64,000 nt of DNA from Anaerolineae bacterium. Its GTDB lineage: Bacteria > Chloroflexota > Anaerolineae > UBA1429. The translations under genes and the position numbers were made by a program. Numbering within the stretch: the first letter of the stretch is position 1; each line of letters starts with the position of its first letter. This document shows, one piece after another, positions 52,586 to 61,120 of the stretch. The DNA lies in the NCBI GenBank assembly GCA_040768605.1, contig JAXGMP010000004.1, forward strand, positions 176,141 to 240,140, in the 5' to 3' direction. The notes under the pieces are model-generated. The model made no database searches, was not told the DNA's origin, and worked only from the letters and a program-made list of their open reading frames with translations.

Positions 52586-55335
52586 GGGGTGGTGATCTCC
52601 ACCTCAGCGAGGAAGGCGCGGTCGGGCAAGGCAGCATCCCCGCCGGTGATGGGGAGGCGCGCCATGGTGGCCAGGTCGTACAGGCCGACCTCGACGCGGT
52701 AGCGCCCCGGCGGCAGGTCGGCCGGCAGGGTGTGCCGATCGAGGACGACCTCGCCCGGCCGCCAGAAGGAGGTCGGGTAGCGGCCCCCGCGCGGCTGGGC
52801 GTCGGCCCCGGCGGCTTGGCCGCCGTCCGGGCCTATGAGGTGGATAAAGACGGTATAGTCGACCTCGGTCGTCGTTACCGACCGCCAGGCCAGGTCCACC
52901 GTCAACTCGCCCCCCTGCGGGGCGTAGGCGGGTAGGGCGGCACCGTCGAGCGCCACCAGGCCGCCGAACTCGGCGCCGACGGGCCCCAGGCCCGCCGCCG
53001 CCTCGGTTGCCTCGGATGGCAGGCGGATGGAGCCGACCGGGATCTCGCTCAGCCCCGCGCTCGGCCCGTCAGTAATGGGGAGGGGCGCGCCCGTGGCCGC
53101 CTCACGCACCTGGGCGAAGAGGCGAAGCGCGGCGGGCCGCTCGATAGCGCCCAGGTCCAGCGTGTAGGCGTCGCGCACCAGCCGCCCCGCCTTCCAGCGC
53201 GAGGTGAGCGAGAGGCCGGGGTGGGTGTGCGCGACCTCGGCGATGTGCTCGCCCGGCGGCGTCTTGGCGATGACGGCGATGGTATAGTCGCGGTCCAGGT
53301 CCTCCAGGGCCAGCCAGTAGAGCGTCAAGCGGTCGGGCGCCTCCAGCCGGTAGCCGGCCAGGGCCAGGGCCTGGCCGGCCACGCGCCAGGGGGGCTGCTC
53401 CAGCCCGGCCAGGGCCTGCCCCTCGACGCGGCGGAGGAGCGGGGTGGAGGTGCGGTCCAGCACGATCGCCTTGCCCGCTAGGAGCACCACGCCCGCCGCG
53501 GCCATGGCCAGGGCCAGGGCCAGGGGAACGGCCAGGCTGCCTCGGCCGGCCTCCGCGCTCCTCTCCTCTGCCTGCCTATCCCCGGCAGGGCGGCGCCGCG
53601 GCCAGGCCGCCAGCGCCGCCGCGGCCAGCAGGGCTCCGGCCGAGAGGGCGTCTGCCACGGCGCGCAGGGGCGTCTCCGCCCAGTGCACCGTCAGGCGCCC
53701 CTGGCCCGCCGGCAGGTCGACCGCCAGGAGGCCGCCGGCGTCGGCCCGCGTCGCCACGGGGAGGCCGTCCCACTCTGCGTACCACCCCGGGAACCAGTAG
53801 GTCGCAAAGGTCAGCGTTGCCGGCCGCTCGAGCCGCAGGTCCAGCGCGGCATGGAGCGCATCCCCCGCGGCGCTGAGCGCCTCGCCGGGCAGTTCGGCGG
53901 TGCGCGCCTTGGCGGCCAGGGTCGCGCCGCGGTCTGCGCCGGCAAAGGCGGGCCCCTGCGGGGGCGCCGGCACGCCGGCCGGCAGGTACTCTCCCCAGGA
54001 GGTCAACCCCCAGGCGCCGTACTCGGCCTGGTAGGCCGAGGCCTGGCCGAGCGTGGGCCGCTCGGGCAGGGCCGTGTGCCGCGGCGGGGCCAGGTACGGC
54101 AGCGCCTCGGCGTAGAGGATCGCCACCAGCCCCACGGCGCCGCAGGCGGCCGCGGCGCGCGCCGCGCGCCCCCCGCGCCAGGGCAGGCGGGCCAGCGCGC
54201 CGGCCGCCAGCGGCAGGAGGACCGCCGCCGGGTCCAGGCAGCGCCAGGGGAACTGCAGGTTGCGGAGGAGCGCCGAGCGCTCCCACAGGGGGGCCGAGGA
54301 GGGCGTGGCCAGCCAGACGGCGCCGAGGGCGATCAGCCCGGCCCCCACGGCCAGGAGGTCGCCCGCCGCGGGCCGCCCGCCGTGCCGGCCGGCGGCGATG
54401 GCGCGCCACAGCGCCCAGAGCGCCCCGCCGACCCCTAACGCGAGCGGCAGGAGCCCCACGGTCAGCGGCAGGGCGGGGTTGGCCAGCCCGTCGACGGCCG
54501 CCGGCGGCCAGGCCAGCGCGCTGGCAAAGTGCAGGCTCCAGTGCACGTCGGGCGAGGCGATCTCGGCCCCATAGCGCACCAGGCCCGTCTCGGCCAGGGC
54601 CGGCAGCCAGAAGAAGGCCGCCACCCCCAGGCCCAAGGCCAGCGCCGCGGCCACGGCCAGGGCCTTCCGTCCGCGCGCGCGCCACCCTTCGGCGGCGGCC
54701 CAGGCCCCCAAGAGGCCCATGGCCCCCAGCGATGGCACCAGGAGCAGGCTGGCCCCCGCATGGGTCAGTAGCACCGCACCCACCCCCAGCCCCGCCCAGG
54801 CGATGCGCCGCGCGCCCGCGCGCCGCGCCACGCCCAAGAGCGCTGCCAGCGCCCAGGGCACCAGGGCCATCACCAGCGCGTTGGAGAGGCTGCCCCGCTC
54901 GAAGGTCTGGTAGAGGAGGTGGGGGGAGAACAGGTAGGTGGCCGCGGCCACCAGCCCCCCGGCACGGCCGTGGAGAGAACGCCCCAGGCGGTACATCCCC
55001 GCGCCCGCCGCGGCCAAGGCCAGGGCGAAGGCCAGCGCCATGGCCAGCGGCGCCCGCTGCCCGGCGGCCCAGTAGAGGGCCGTCAGGAGGTAGGCGCTCA
55101 GCGGCGGGTAATAGTGGAACAGCGGGTACCCGTAGCCGAGCATGAGGTCGGGCGCCCAGCGCGAAAAGGCGCTGCCTTGCCGCCACAGGGCGTTCAGCAC
55201 CGGGATGCGGTAAAAGTGGAGGAGAGTGTCGTGCCCCTCGGGCAGGCGGCCACAGAGCGGCTGCACGACCAGTGAGACGAGGGCCGCCAGCGCCGCCCAC
55301 ACGGCCCGCCGCGCGCGTTGGCAAGTAGCATGCAT
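52582..55335 (-). CDS. large polytopic membrane protein, GT-C / PTPS-related-like, with a big extracytoplasmic C-terminal domain
   Basis: GHDTLLHFYRIPVLNALWRQGSAFSRWAPDLMLGYGYPLFHYYPPLSAYL followed by more than 10 TM segments. ATG at 55335. The longer track ORF reads through a DNA repeat (NPVNPVNPV). Confidence 0.6.
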   Translation of the reverse strand: MHATCQRARRAVWAALAALVSLVVQPLCGRLPEGHDTLLHFYRIPVLNALWRQGSAFSRWAPDLMLGYGYPLFHYYPPLSAYLLTALYWAAGQRAPLAMALAFALALAAAGAGMYRLGRSLHGRAGGLVAAATYLFSPHLLYQTFERGSLSNALVMALVPWALAALLGVARRAGARRIAWAGLGVGAVLLTHAGASLLLVPSLGAMGLLGAWAAAEGWRARGRKALAVAAALALGLGVAAFFWLPALAETGLVRYGAEIASPDVHWSLHFASALAWPPAAVDGLANPALPLTVGLLPLALGVGGALWALWRAIAAGRHGGRPAAGDLLAVGAGLIALGAVWLATPSSAPLWERSALLRNLQFPWRCLDPAAVLLPLAAGALARLPWRGGRAARAAAACGAVGLVAILYAEALPYLAPPRHTALPERPTLGQASAYQAEYGAWGLTSWGEYLPAGVPAPPQGPAFAGADRGATLAAKARTAELPGEALSAAGDALHAALDLRLERPATLTFATYWFPGWYAEWDGLPVATRADAGGLLAVDLPAGQGRLTVHWAETPLRAVADALSAGALLAAAALAAWPRRRPAGDRQAEERSAEAGRGSLAVPLALALAMAAAGVVLLAGKAIVLDRTSTPLLRRVEGQALAGLEQPPWRVAGQALALAGYRLEAPDRLTLYWLALEDLDRDYTIAVIAKTPPGEHIAEVAHTHPGLSLTSRWKAGRLVRDAYTLDLGAIERPAALRLFAQVREAATGAPLPITDGPSAGLSEIPVGSIRLPSEATEAAAGLGPVGAEFGGLVALDGAALPAYAPQGGELTVDLAWRSVTTTEVDYTVFIHLIGPDGGQAAGADAQPRGGRYPTSFWRPGEVVLDRHTLPADLPPGRYRVEVGLYDLATMARLPITGGDAALPDRAFLAEVEITTP

Positions 55336-55369
55336 GCGCCCATTGTACCGCCACCCCGCCCATGGGCAA

Positions 55370-55518
55370 GGGGAAGAGAGGAGAAGAAGGACAGGATTTA
55401 CAGGATTGACAGGATTAGAAGAGGGAAGAGGCCTGATCCACCGCAACATGCCTCACTATCACGCCCCAATCCCAAAATCCTGTAAATCCTGTGAATCCTG
55501 TCCTTCTTCTCTTCCCCC
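55370..55518. repeat. about 150-bp palindromic element with 9-mer (ACAGGATTN) arrays and purine-rich ends
   Basis: The left arm is GGGGAAGAGAGGAGAAGAAGGACAGGATTTACAGGATTGACAGGATT. It mirrors the right arm AATCCTGTAAATCCTGTGAATCCTGTCCTTCTTCTCTTCCCC. The element is intergenic. Confidence 0.85.
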
Positions 55519-55521
55519 ACC

Positions 55522-56334
55522 TCAGTCGGGGAAGAAGGTGCGCAGGTAGGCCACGCTCTGGGCCGCCCAGGCCGCCTCGAGGCGGACCGTCTCCGCCACC
55601 GTCGCCTGCGGGGGCGGCCAGGCCTCCAGGATGGCATCCGGCGCGCGGCCCTGGGCCGCCAGCGCCCCGAGCAGCCAGGGCACGTCAAGCAGCCCCTCCC
55701 CGGCCGGCCGGCCCTCCACAACGAACCCCATGCTGTGCGGCGCCCGCACCACGGCAAAGTCCTTGATGTGCAGGTTCACGACCCAGGGGCCCAGCACCTC
55801 GACCACGGCCCGCGGCCCCTCCAGCGCGCCGAAAGAGTTCACCGTGTCCAGGCAGATGCCGACCTGCTCGCTCCCCAGCCTCTCGACGACGCCGCGCAAC
55901 ACCTCGGCGCGGAAGCGGTCGTGGTTCTCGATGGCCAAGGTCACCCCGGCCCGCGCCAGGCGGGGCAGGAAGGGCCTCAGCGCCGCCACGACCTCGGCGG
56001 GCGAGGGGTGTTCACTGGCCGTGTCCGCCACCACGCGCAGGATCGGCGAGCCGAACCGCTCGGCCAGGGCGATGTGCCGCTCCAGGTTCCCCGCCGAGAT
56101 CCCCCGCGTGCCCACCTGCACGGTGATCCCCAGGCGCCGGGCCCGCTCGGCCAGCGCCTCGAGCGCGGCCGGGGTGAGGCCGCTCAGCGGCAGGTTGTCG
56201 CAGATCTGCACCAGCCCCACGCCGAGGGCCGCGGCGCGCTGCAAAAAGCCCTCGTGCGTGAGCGGCGCGGCCGGCGGGTACCCCGGCACCCCGCAGGCCC
56301 AGGCGTAAGCGTACGAACCGATCCCCAGCCGCAT
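55522..56334 (-). CDS. sugar phosphate isomerase/epimerase (TIM barrel)
   Basis: About 270 aa with the xylose-isomerase-like barrel pattern (LAIENHD...NLHIKD). Confidence 0.7.
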   Translation of the reverse strand: MRLGIGSYAYAWACGVPGYPPAAPLTHEGFLQRAAALGVGLVQICDNLPLSGLTPAALEALAERARRLGITVQVGTRGISAGNLERHIALAERFGSPILRVVADTASEHPSPAEVVAALRPFLPRLARAGVTLAIENHDRFRAEVLRGVVERLGSEQVGICLDTVNSFGALEGPRAVVEVLGPWVVNLHIKDFAVVRAPHSMGFVVEGRPAGEGLLDVPWLLGALAAQGRAPDAILEAWPPPQATVAETVRLEAAWAAQSVAYLRTFFPD

Positions 56335-56340
56335 CGCCCC

Positions 56341-57189
56341 CTACTTTCTGGCGATCGCCTCGGTAATGGCGCGCACCTCGGCCATGACGTACTCGGGCTC
56401 AAAGACCTTTTTCCAGTCCGGCTGGAAGAGCACCGGCCTGGCGCGGGCCATGGCCATCTTGGCCCCGTCAGAGACCTGCGCGTCAAGCAGGCCAAAGAGG
56501 ATGCCCAGGTTCACGTTCATGTGCCCAAAGAGAAAGTCGCGGGCGGCCTCCTCCGGCACGCCACGGGCCACCGTCTCGTCCAGCGCCTCGCGGATGGCCG
56601 CCATCAGGGTGAGCACCGTCGTCTCGGCCATGGCCGGCTCCAGCAAAGCCATCTGCTCGACGGTGACGCGGTGCGCCCGCAACACCGGCGCGAACATGCG
56701 CCGCGCGACCCACTCGCCCCGGGCATAGTCTTCCTCCGGCCCCTGCAGCAGCGCGCAGACGATGTTCTGCTTGGCGATCCCGCCGAAAAAGTCGCCCCGC
56801 GCCTCGGGGGTGACCTCGTCGTTCACGATCGGCGGGTGGCAGGGGTGCACCACAAAATACGTCACGTCGTCGCGCGCCGGCAGCTCGCCCGAATGCGGCG
56901 CGGCCGGGTCCAGGCAGATGAGCATCGCGCCGGGGCGCATGGCCGGCACCACCCCGCGCGCCACCCGCCCGATGACGACGTCGGGCACGGCCAGCACCAC
57001 CACGTCGGCGCGGCCGGCCGCCTCGTCGGCCGGCGTCGGGGCCACGCCTCGCTCGCGGAGGCGCTCCAGCCCGGCCTGCCCCGCCTCGACGTACAGGACC
57101 TCGAACTCGGGGTCGCCGCGCAACTTGTCAGAAATGCGGGTGCCCATCTTGCCCGCCGCGCCAAAGAGCGCCATCGTCACCATCGCCAT
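56341..57189 (-). CDS. NAD(P)-binding Rossmann-fold oxidoreductase
   Basis: N-terminal ALFGAAGKMG dinucleotide-binding motif. ATG at 57189 is preceded by AGGAG. Confidence 0.5.
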   Translation of the reverse strand: MAMVTMALFGAAGKMGTRISDKLRGDPEFEVLYVEAGQAGLERLRERGVAPTPADEAAGRADVVVLAVPDVVIGRVARGVVPAMRPGAMLICLDPAAPHSGELPARDDVTYFVVHPCHPPIVNDEVTPEARGDFFGGIAKQNIVCALLQGPEEDYARGEWVARRMFAPVLRAHRVTVEQMALLEPAMAETTVLTLMAAIREALDETVARGVPEEAARDFLFGHMNVNLGILFGLLDAQVSDGAKMAMARARPVLFQPDWKKVFEPEYVMAEVRAITEAIARK

Positions 57190-57206
57190 GCTCCTAATCT
57201 TGTCGT

Positions 57207-58286
57207 CTAGAAGATGCCCGCCGGGGGCGGGAAGATGCCCGCCGGGGGCGGGAAGATGCCCGCCGGGGGCGGGTGCACCACGGTTCCGGTCGCGGCCGAT
57301 TCGTACGCGCCAAAGACGAGTTGCAGCGTGCGCAGGTTGTCTTCCCCGGTCGTCTCGGCGGCGCCCTCCCCGCGCAGGCCGGCCAAGAGGTTGGCGTGGC
57401 AGGGCACGATGCTCGAGTGGATCAGGGCGTAGCGCGGGTCCGCCCAGGGGTAGTAGGGGGGCGGGCAGCGCCGTGCCAGGGTGCCGGCGGGGGTCGTCTC
57501 CCGCAGCCAATAGTCGGGGGCCAGCTCCAGCGCCCCCTCCGACCCCTCGACGTGTATGAACAGCTCGGGGAAGCGCTCGTGCTCGGTGCGCGAGGCGTAC
57601 GACATCTCCAGCCCGACGGTCATCCCACCCGCCATGCGCATCATGACGGTGGCCACGTCCTCCCCGCGGATGTCCGCGTGCACCCGCTGGGTCTGGCAGA
57701 CCAACGACTCGACCTCACCAAAGAGGAAGCGGGCCACGTCGAGGAGGTGGGTGCCCATATCGGTGAGGATGAACTGCTCCAGCGTCTTCAGGAAGGGCTG
57801 GTTGTCGAACACCGGGAACGACGAGTTGTACAGCATCCGCGCCCGGAAGGGCTTGCCGATGCGCCCCTCGCCCAGAGCCCGGGCGAAGGCGCGGATGGGC
57901 GCCTGCCAGCGCCAGTTCTCGTGCACCAGGAGCGGCGTCCCCGCCCGCCGGCAGGCCTCCACCATCCCTTCGGCCTCGGCCAGGGAGGTGGCCAGCGGCT
58001 TCTGGCAGATGGCCGGCACGCCCTGCGCCGCGGCCAGGCGCACCAGCGGGGCGTGGCTCTCCACCGCGGTGACGATGTCGACAAAGTCGGGCGCCTCCCT
58101 GGCCAGGAGGCGCTCGGCGTCATCGTACACGGCCGGCACCCCGAACTGTGCGGCCAGCGCCTCGGCGCGCGACCGGGTGCGGTTATGGATGGCCACACAA
58201 CGCGCCCCGGGCACCTCCTGCCAGGCCGCCAGCTGATACTGCGACCAGAACCCTGCCCCAAACAGGGCAAAGCGCAACTCGGGCAT
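57207..58286 (-). CDS. Gfo/Idh/MocA-family oxidoreductase with a repeat-encoded C-terminal tail
   Basis: MPELRFALFGAGFWSQYQLAAW...IHNRT Rossmann N-terminus. The C-terminus ends PPPAGIFPPPAGIFPPPAGIF*. Confidence 0.8.
   Translation of the reverse strand: MPELRFALFGAGFWSQYQLAAWQEVPGARCVAIHNRTRSRAEALAAQFGVPAVYDDAERLLAREAPDFVDIVTAVESHAPLVRLAAAQGVPAICQKPLATSLAEAEGMVEACRRAGTPLLVHENWRWQAPIRAFARALGEGRIGKPFRARMLYNSSFPVFDNQPFLKTLEQFILTDMGTHLLDVARFLFGEVESLVCQTQRVHADIRGEDVATVMMRMAGGMTVGLEMSYASRTEHERFPELFIHVEGSEGALELAPDYWLRETTPAGTLARRCPPPYYPWADPRYALIHSSIVPCHANLLAGLRGEGAAETTGEDNLRTLQLVFGAYESAATGTVVHPPPAGIFPPPAGIFPPPAGIF
57210..57272. repeat. three exact tandem copies of a 21-nt unit GAAGATGCCCGCCGGGGGCGG
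   Basis: Read directly. It occupies the last 21 codons of the oxidoreductase gene, immediately before its stop codon. Confidence 0.95.
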
Positions 58287-58315
58287 CTCGTTCCCCTTCG
58301 GCCTCAGCCTCATCC

Positions 58316-58894
58316 CTAGCCCTGGGCCCGCCGCGGCTTGGCCAGGATCTCGCGAATCTCAAAGCGGTAAAAGTCCTGCGCGCAGGCGGGTTGGCAGACG
58401 ATGGCCGTGTCGGCCCCGTCGCCCGAGCCGGCGATGGCCACCGCCTCGGCCCGCAGGTCCAGCGCGCCGGCGTCGGCGGCCATCATGGCGCACTCGACCG
58501 CCACCTTCATCCCCTGGCAGAAGCGGTAGAGCGTCTCACGGACGATCTCCTCGGGCACGCGCCCGCCGTGGGCCCGGGTAAAGGCCGAGCCGACCCCGTC
58601 CCCCAGGGCGTGGATACCGGTGATGACCGGGATGCCCAGGGCGCGCAGGTCGGCCGCGGTGGCCTCATCCATGCAGCAGCCCTTATCCTCCCAGACGTGT
58701 GAGATCGTCACCGCGACGACGCGGATGCCCAGCGGCGCGGCCAGGGCGTGCAGCCGGCGGGCCGTGCCGCCGTGCGACGAGGCCACCACCATCTGGCGGA
58801 TCCCCAGCGCCTGGGCGCGGCGCACGGCGACCTCCAGGGTCTTTTCCGTGTTGTGCGGGCCGCCTTCCTCAAAGACGTAGGTGGTCAGTTCCAT
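58316..58894 (-). CDS. pyruvate kinase alpha/beta (C-terminal) domain-like protein
   Basis: About 190 aa stand-alone protein (VVASSHGGTA...ITGIHALG...VAIAGSG) resembling stand-alone PK_C-domain proteins. Confidence 0.5.
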   Translation of the reverse strand: MELTTYVFEEGGPHNTEKTLEVAVRRAQALGIRQMVVASSHGGTARRLHALAAPLGIRVVAVTISHVWEDKGCCMDEATAADLRALGIPVITGIHALGDGVGSAFTRAHGGRVPEEIVRETLYRFCQGMKVAVECAMMAADAGALDLRAEAVAIAGSGDGADTAIVCQPACAQDFYRFEIREILAKPRRAQG

Positions 58895-58922
58895 GGGGCA
58901 CCTCCGTGTGGGTATGTACGGG

Positions 58923-59981
58923 CTAGACGCCGATGATCGACTCCGCCAGGGGCGCCCAGGGGCGCTGCGGCCCGGCCAGCGCCGCCTGCGCCACAGCGTT
59001 CAGGGGCAGCACCATGGCCGTCTCGGTCGCGGCCACCGCCAGGCCCAGCCCCTCGCACGCCGCGCAGAGGGAGGCGTCCGCCTCCGCGGCCAGGGCGCGC
59101 GCCTCGGCGCCGTCCGGCACGGCGGCCAGGAGCGCCCCCAGCACCCGCGGCAGGTCGGCCCCCGGGGCCAGGGCCAGGTCAGTGAAGACACCGCAGAGCT
59201 CCTGCCCGCCGTCGGCCGTCACGATGGGGGCCCGGCAGAGCGCCGCGCACCCCGCCCAGCCACCCGGCCCCGCGACGCCCCAGAGCTCGGCGGGCAAGGT
59301 CGTCGGGCGGTCGAGCCGGCGCCAGCGCCACAGGGCCTCGTCCAGCGGGACGGAGCCGTCGCAGCGGGCCAGGCAGGCGTCGATGAACTGCCGGGCGGCC
59401 TCGTACTCGCCAGGGTCCAGCCGCCGGGCGTGCTCCCCGCCCGCGGGCCGGCCGTGGGCGCCCGGCAGCGCCCGGTAGTAGCGCACCGGCGCCTGCGCGC
59501 GGTACCCGAGGCTCCCGTACAGGGCGGCTGGCATCGAGCCGGCCACCGTGTACAGAAGGCTGGCGGCCAGCCCGCGGTCGCGCATCCCGGCGATGGCCGT
59601 CTCCAGCGCCCAGCGGGCCAGCCCTTGGCGGCGATGAGCCGGGTGGGTCATGACCGTGTCGACGATGCCGGCCGGCAGCAGACCGCCCCCCAGCCGCACC
59701 GCTGCGACGGTGACAAAGACGTTGCTCACCAGCCTTCCCTCGCACAGCACGGCGACGGAGAGGTCGGCGTCCATTCCCGGGCGCCGCACGTACCAGTCGC
59801 GATGCTCGGGCGAGGGCACCAGGACGCCGGCGTAGCTGCCGAAGGCCAGCCGGGTCAGGGCGTAGATCTGTTCGGCCAGGTGGCCGATGGCGCGATGCGG
59901 CACGAGGGTGTAATCCCGCGCGCCGATCCGTCGCTGGAGCATGGGCCGCTCGCCTCCGCGTGGGTGGTCGCTGGTCGCCAC
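58923..59981 (-). CDS. GNAT-family N-acetyltransferase (Eis-like, two-domain)
   Basis: VMTHPAHRRQGLARWALETAI acetyl-CoA-binding motif. The start could be the internal MLQRR. Confidence 0.65.
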   Translation of the reverse strand: MATSDHPRGGERPMLQRRIGARDYTLVPHRAIGHLAEQIYALTRLAFGSYAGVLVPSPEHRDWYVRRPGMDADLSVAVLCEGRLVSNVFVTVAAVRLGGGLLPAGIVDTVMTHPAHRRQGLARWALETAIAGMRDRGLAASLLYTVAGSMPAALYGSLGYRAQAPVRYYRALPGAHGRPAGGEHARRLDPGEYEAARQFIDACLARCDGSVPLDEALWRWRRLDRPTTLPAELWGVAGPGGWAGCAALCRAPIVTADGGQELCGVFTDLALAPGADLPRVLGALLAAVPDGAEARALAAEADASLCAACEGLGLAVAATETAMVLPLNAVAQAALAGPQRPWAPLAESIIGV

Positions 59982-60050
59982 GGGGCCATTCTAGAGGGGC
60001 AGGAGCGCGAGCGTCAAGGCGGCGAAAGCGGACACGTTGGCTCTGCAATG

Positions 60051-60059
60051 TGCTATAAT
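60051..60059 (+). promoter_or_regulatory. extended -10 promoter (TGCTATAAT) for msrP
   Basis: TGnTATAAT lies 29 nt upstream of the ATG. GGAAGGAG RBS at 60073-60080. Confidence 0.5.
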
Positions 60060-60087
60060 GTGTCCATTCGCGGAAGGAGTGAGCCCC

Positions 60088-61020
60088 ATGAGTAGCCCGC
60101 CCCGTTCGGAGGTCACGCCCGAGTGGCTCTTTTCTTCGCGCCGCGCCTTTCTCCTCGGCCTGGCGGCCGCCTCGGCCGCGCTGGGGCTGCTGGCCTGCGC
60201 CGGCAGCGGCTCTCCGCCCGCCTCGGGTGGCCGGGCCAGCCCGCCGCCGCCTAGCCCCACGCCGCCGCCCGACGCCCCCACCCCCGAGGAGACGGCCAAC
60301 GCCTTCAACAACTATTACGAGTTCAGCACCGACAAATCCGCCGTGCGGGGCCTGGCCGCGGGGCTGGCCACCTCTCCCTGGAACGTGGCGGTCGGCGGGC
60401 TGGTGCGCCGGCCGGGGTCCTTTACGGTGAGTGACCTGGTGGAGCGCTTCCCCCAGGCCGAGCGCGTCGAGCGGATGCGCTGCGTGGAGGCCTACTCGAT
60501 GGTGGTGCCCTGGACGGGCTTCCCGCTGGGCCAACTGCTCGACGCGGTGGAGCCGACGGCGGAGGCCCGCTACGTCCGCCTGGAGGCGCTGTACGATCCC
60601 GAGCAGCTGCCCGGCCAGCGCCGCAGCGCCTTCACCTGGCCCTACGTCGAGGGGCTGCGCCTGGACGAGGCCCGCCACCCCCTGACCATCCTGGCCACCG
60701 GCGCCTACGGCCAGCCGCTGGCGCCGCAAAAGGGCGGCCCCCTGCGCCTGGTGGTGCCCTGGAAGTACGGGTTCAAGAGCATCAAGGCCGTTGTCCGCAT
60801 CGACCTGGTGGCGGAGCAGCCGGCCACCTTCTGGAACACCTACGCCGCGGCCGAGTACGGGTTCTACTCCAACGTGAACCCCGCGGTGGACCATCCGCGC
60901 TGGTCGCAGGCTACCGAGTACCGTGTGGGGGTGGGGCGCCGCCCGACGCTGCCCTTCAACGGCTACGCCGAGGAGGTCGCCGCGCTGTACGAGGGGATGG
61001 ACCTGCGCAAGGAGTACTGA
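60088..61020 (+). CDS. msrP: protein-methionine-sulfoxide reductase catalytic subunit MsrP (YedY-like molybdoenzyme)
   Basis: Tat-type SRRAFLLGL. FNNYYEFSTDK, MRCVEAYSMVVPWTGFPL, PLRLVVPWKYGFKSIK. Confidence 0.85.
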   Translation: MSSPPRSEVTPEWLFSSRRAFLLGLAAASAALGLLACAGSGSPPASGGRASPPPPSPTPPPDAPTPEETANAFNNYYEFSTDKSAVRGLAAGLATSPWNVAVGGLVRRPGSFTVSDLVERFPQAERVERMRCVEAYSMVVPWTGFPLGQLLDAVEPTAEARYVRLEALYDPEQLPGQRRSAFTWPYVEGLRLDEARHPLTILATGAYGQPLAPQKGGPLRLVVPWKYGFKSIKAVVRIDLVAEQPATFWNTYAAAEYGFYSNVNPAVDHPRWSQATEYRVGVGRRPTLPFNGYAEEVAALYEGMDLRKEY

Positions 61021-61053
61021 GGGCGCAGGCGCTTGGCGGTTGGCCGCGGGGTT

Positions 61054-61089
61054 CGCCGCAACTAGACCCGCGGGGGTCTAGTTGCGGCG
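61054..61089. terminator. perfect 16-bp stem-loop between convergent genes (bidirectional terminator candidate)
   Basis: CGCCGCAACTAGACCC-GCGG-GGGTCTAGTTGCGGCG. Confidence 0.55.
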
Positions 61090-61120
61090 AGCCCCTCTGT
61101 TGTTGCCCGCAGGCTCCGCG

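Noticed and set aside
55336-55449. N-terminal extension of the large membrane protein (MLRWIRPLPSSNPVNPVNPV...)
   Set aside because: The extension is a translation of the 9-mer DNA repeat element. The internal ATG at 55335 gives a sensible N-terminus.
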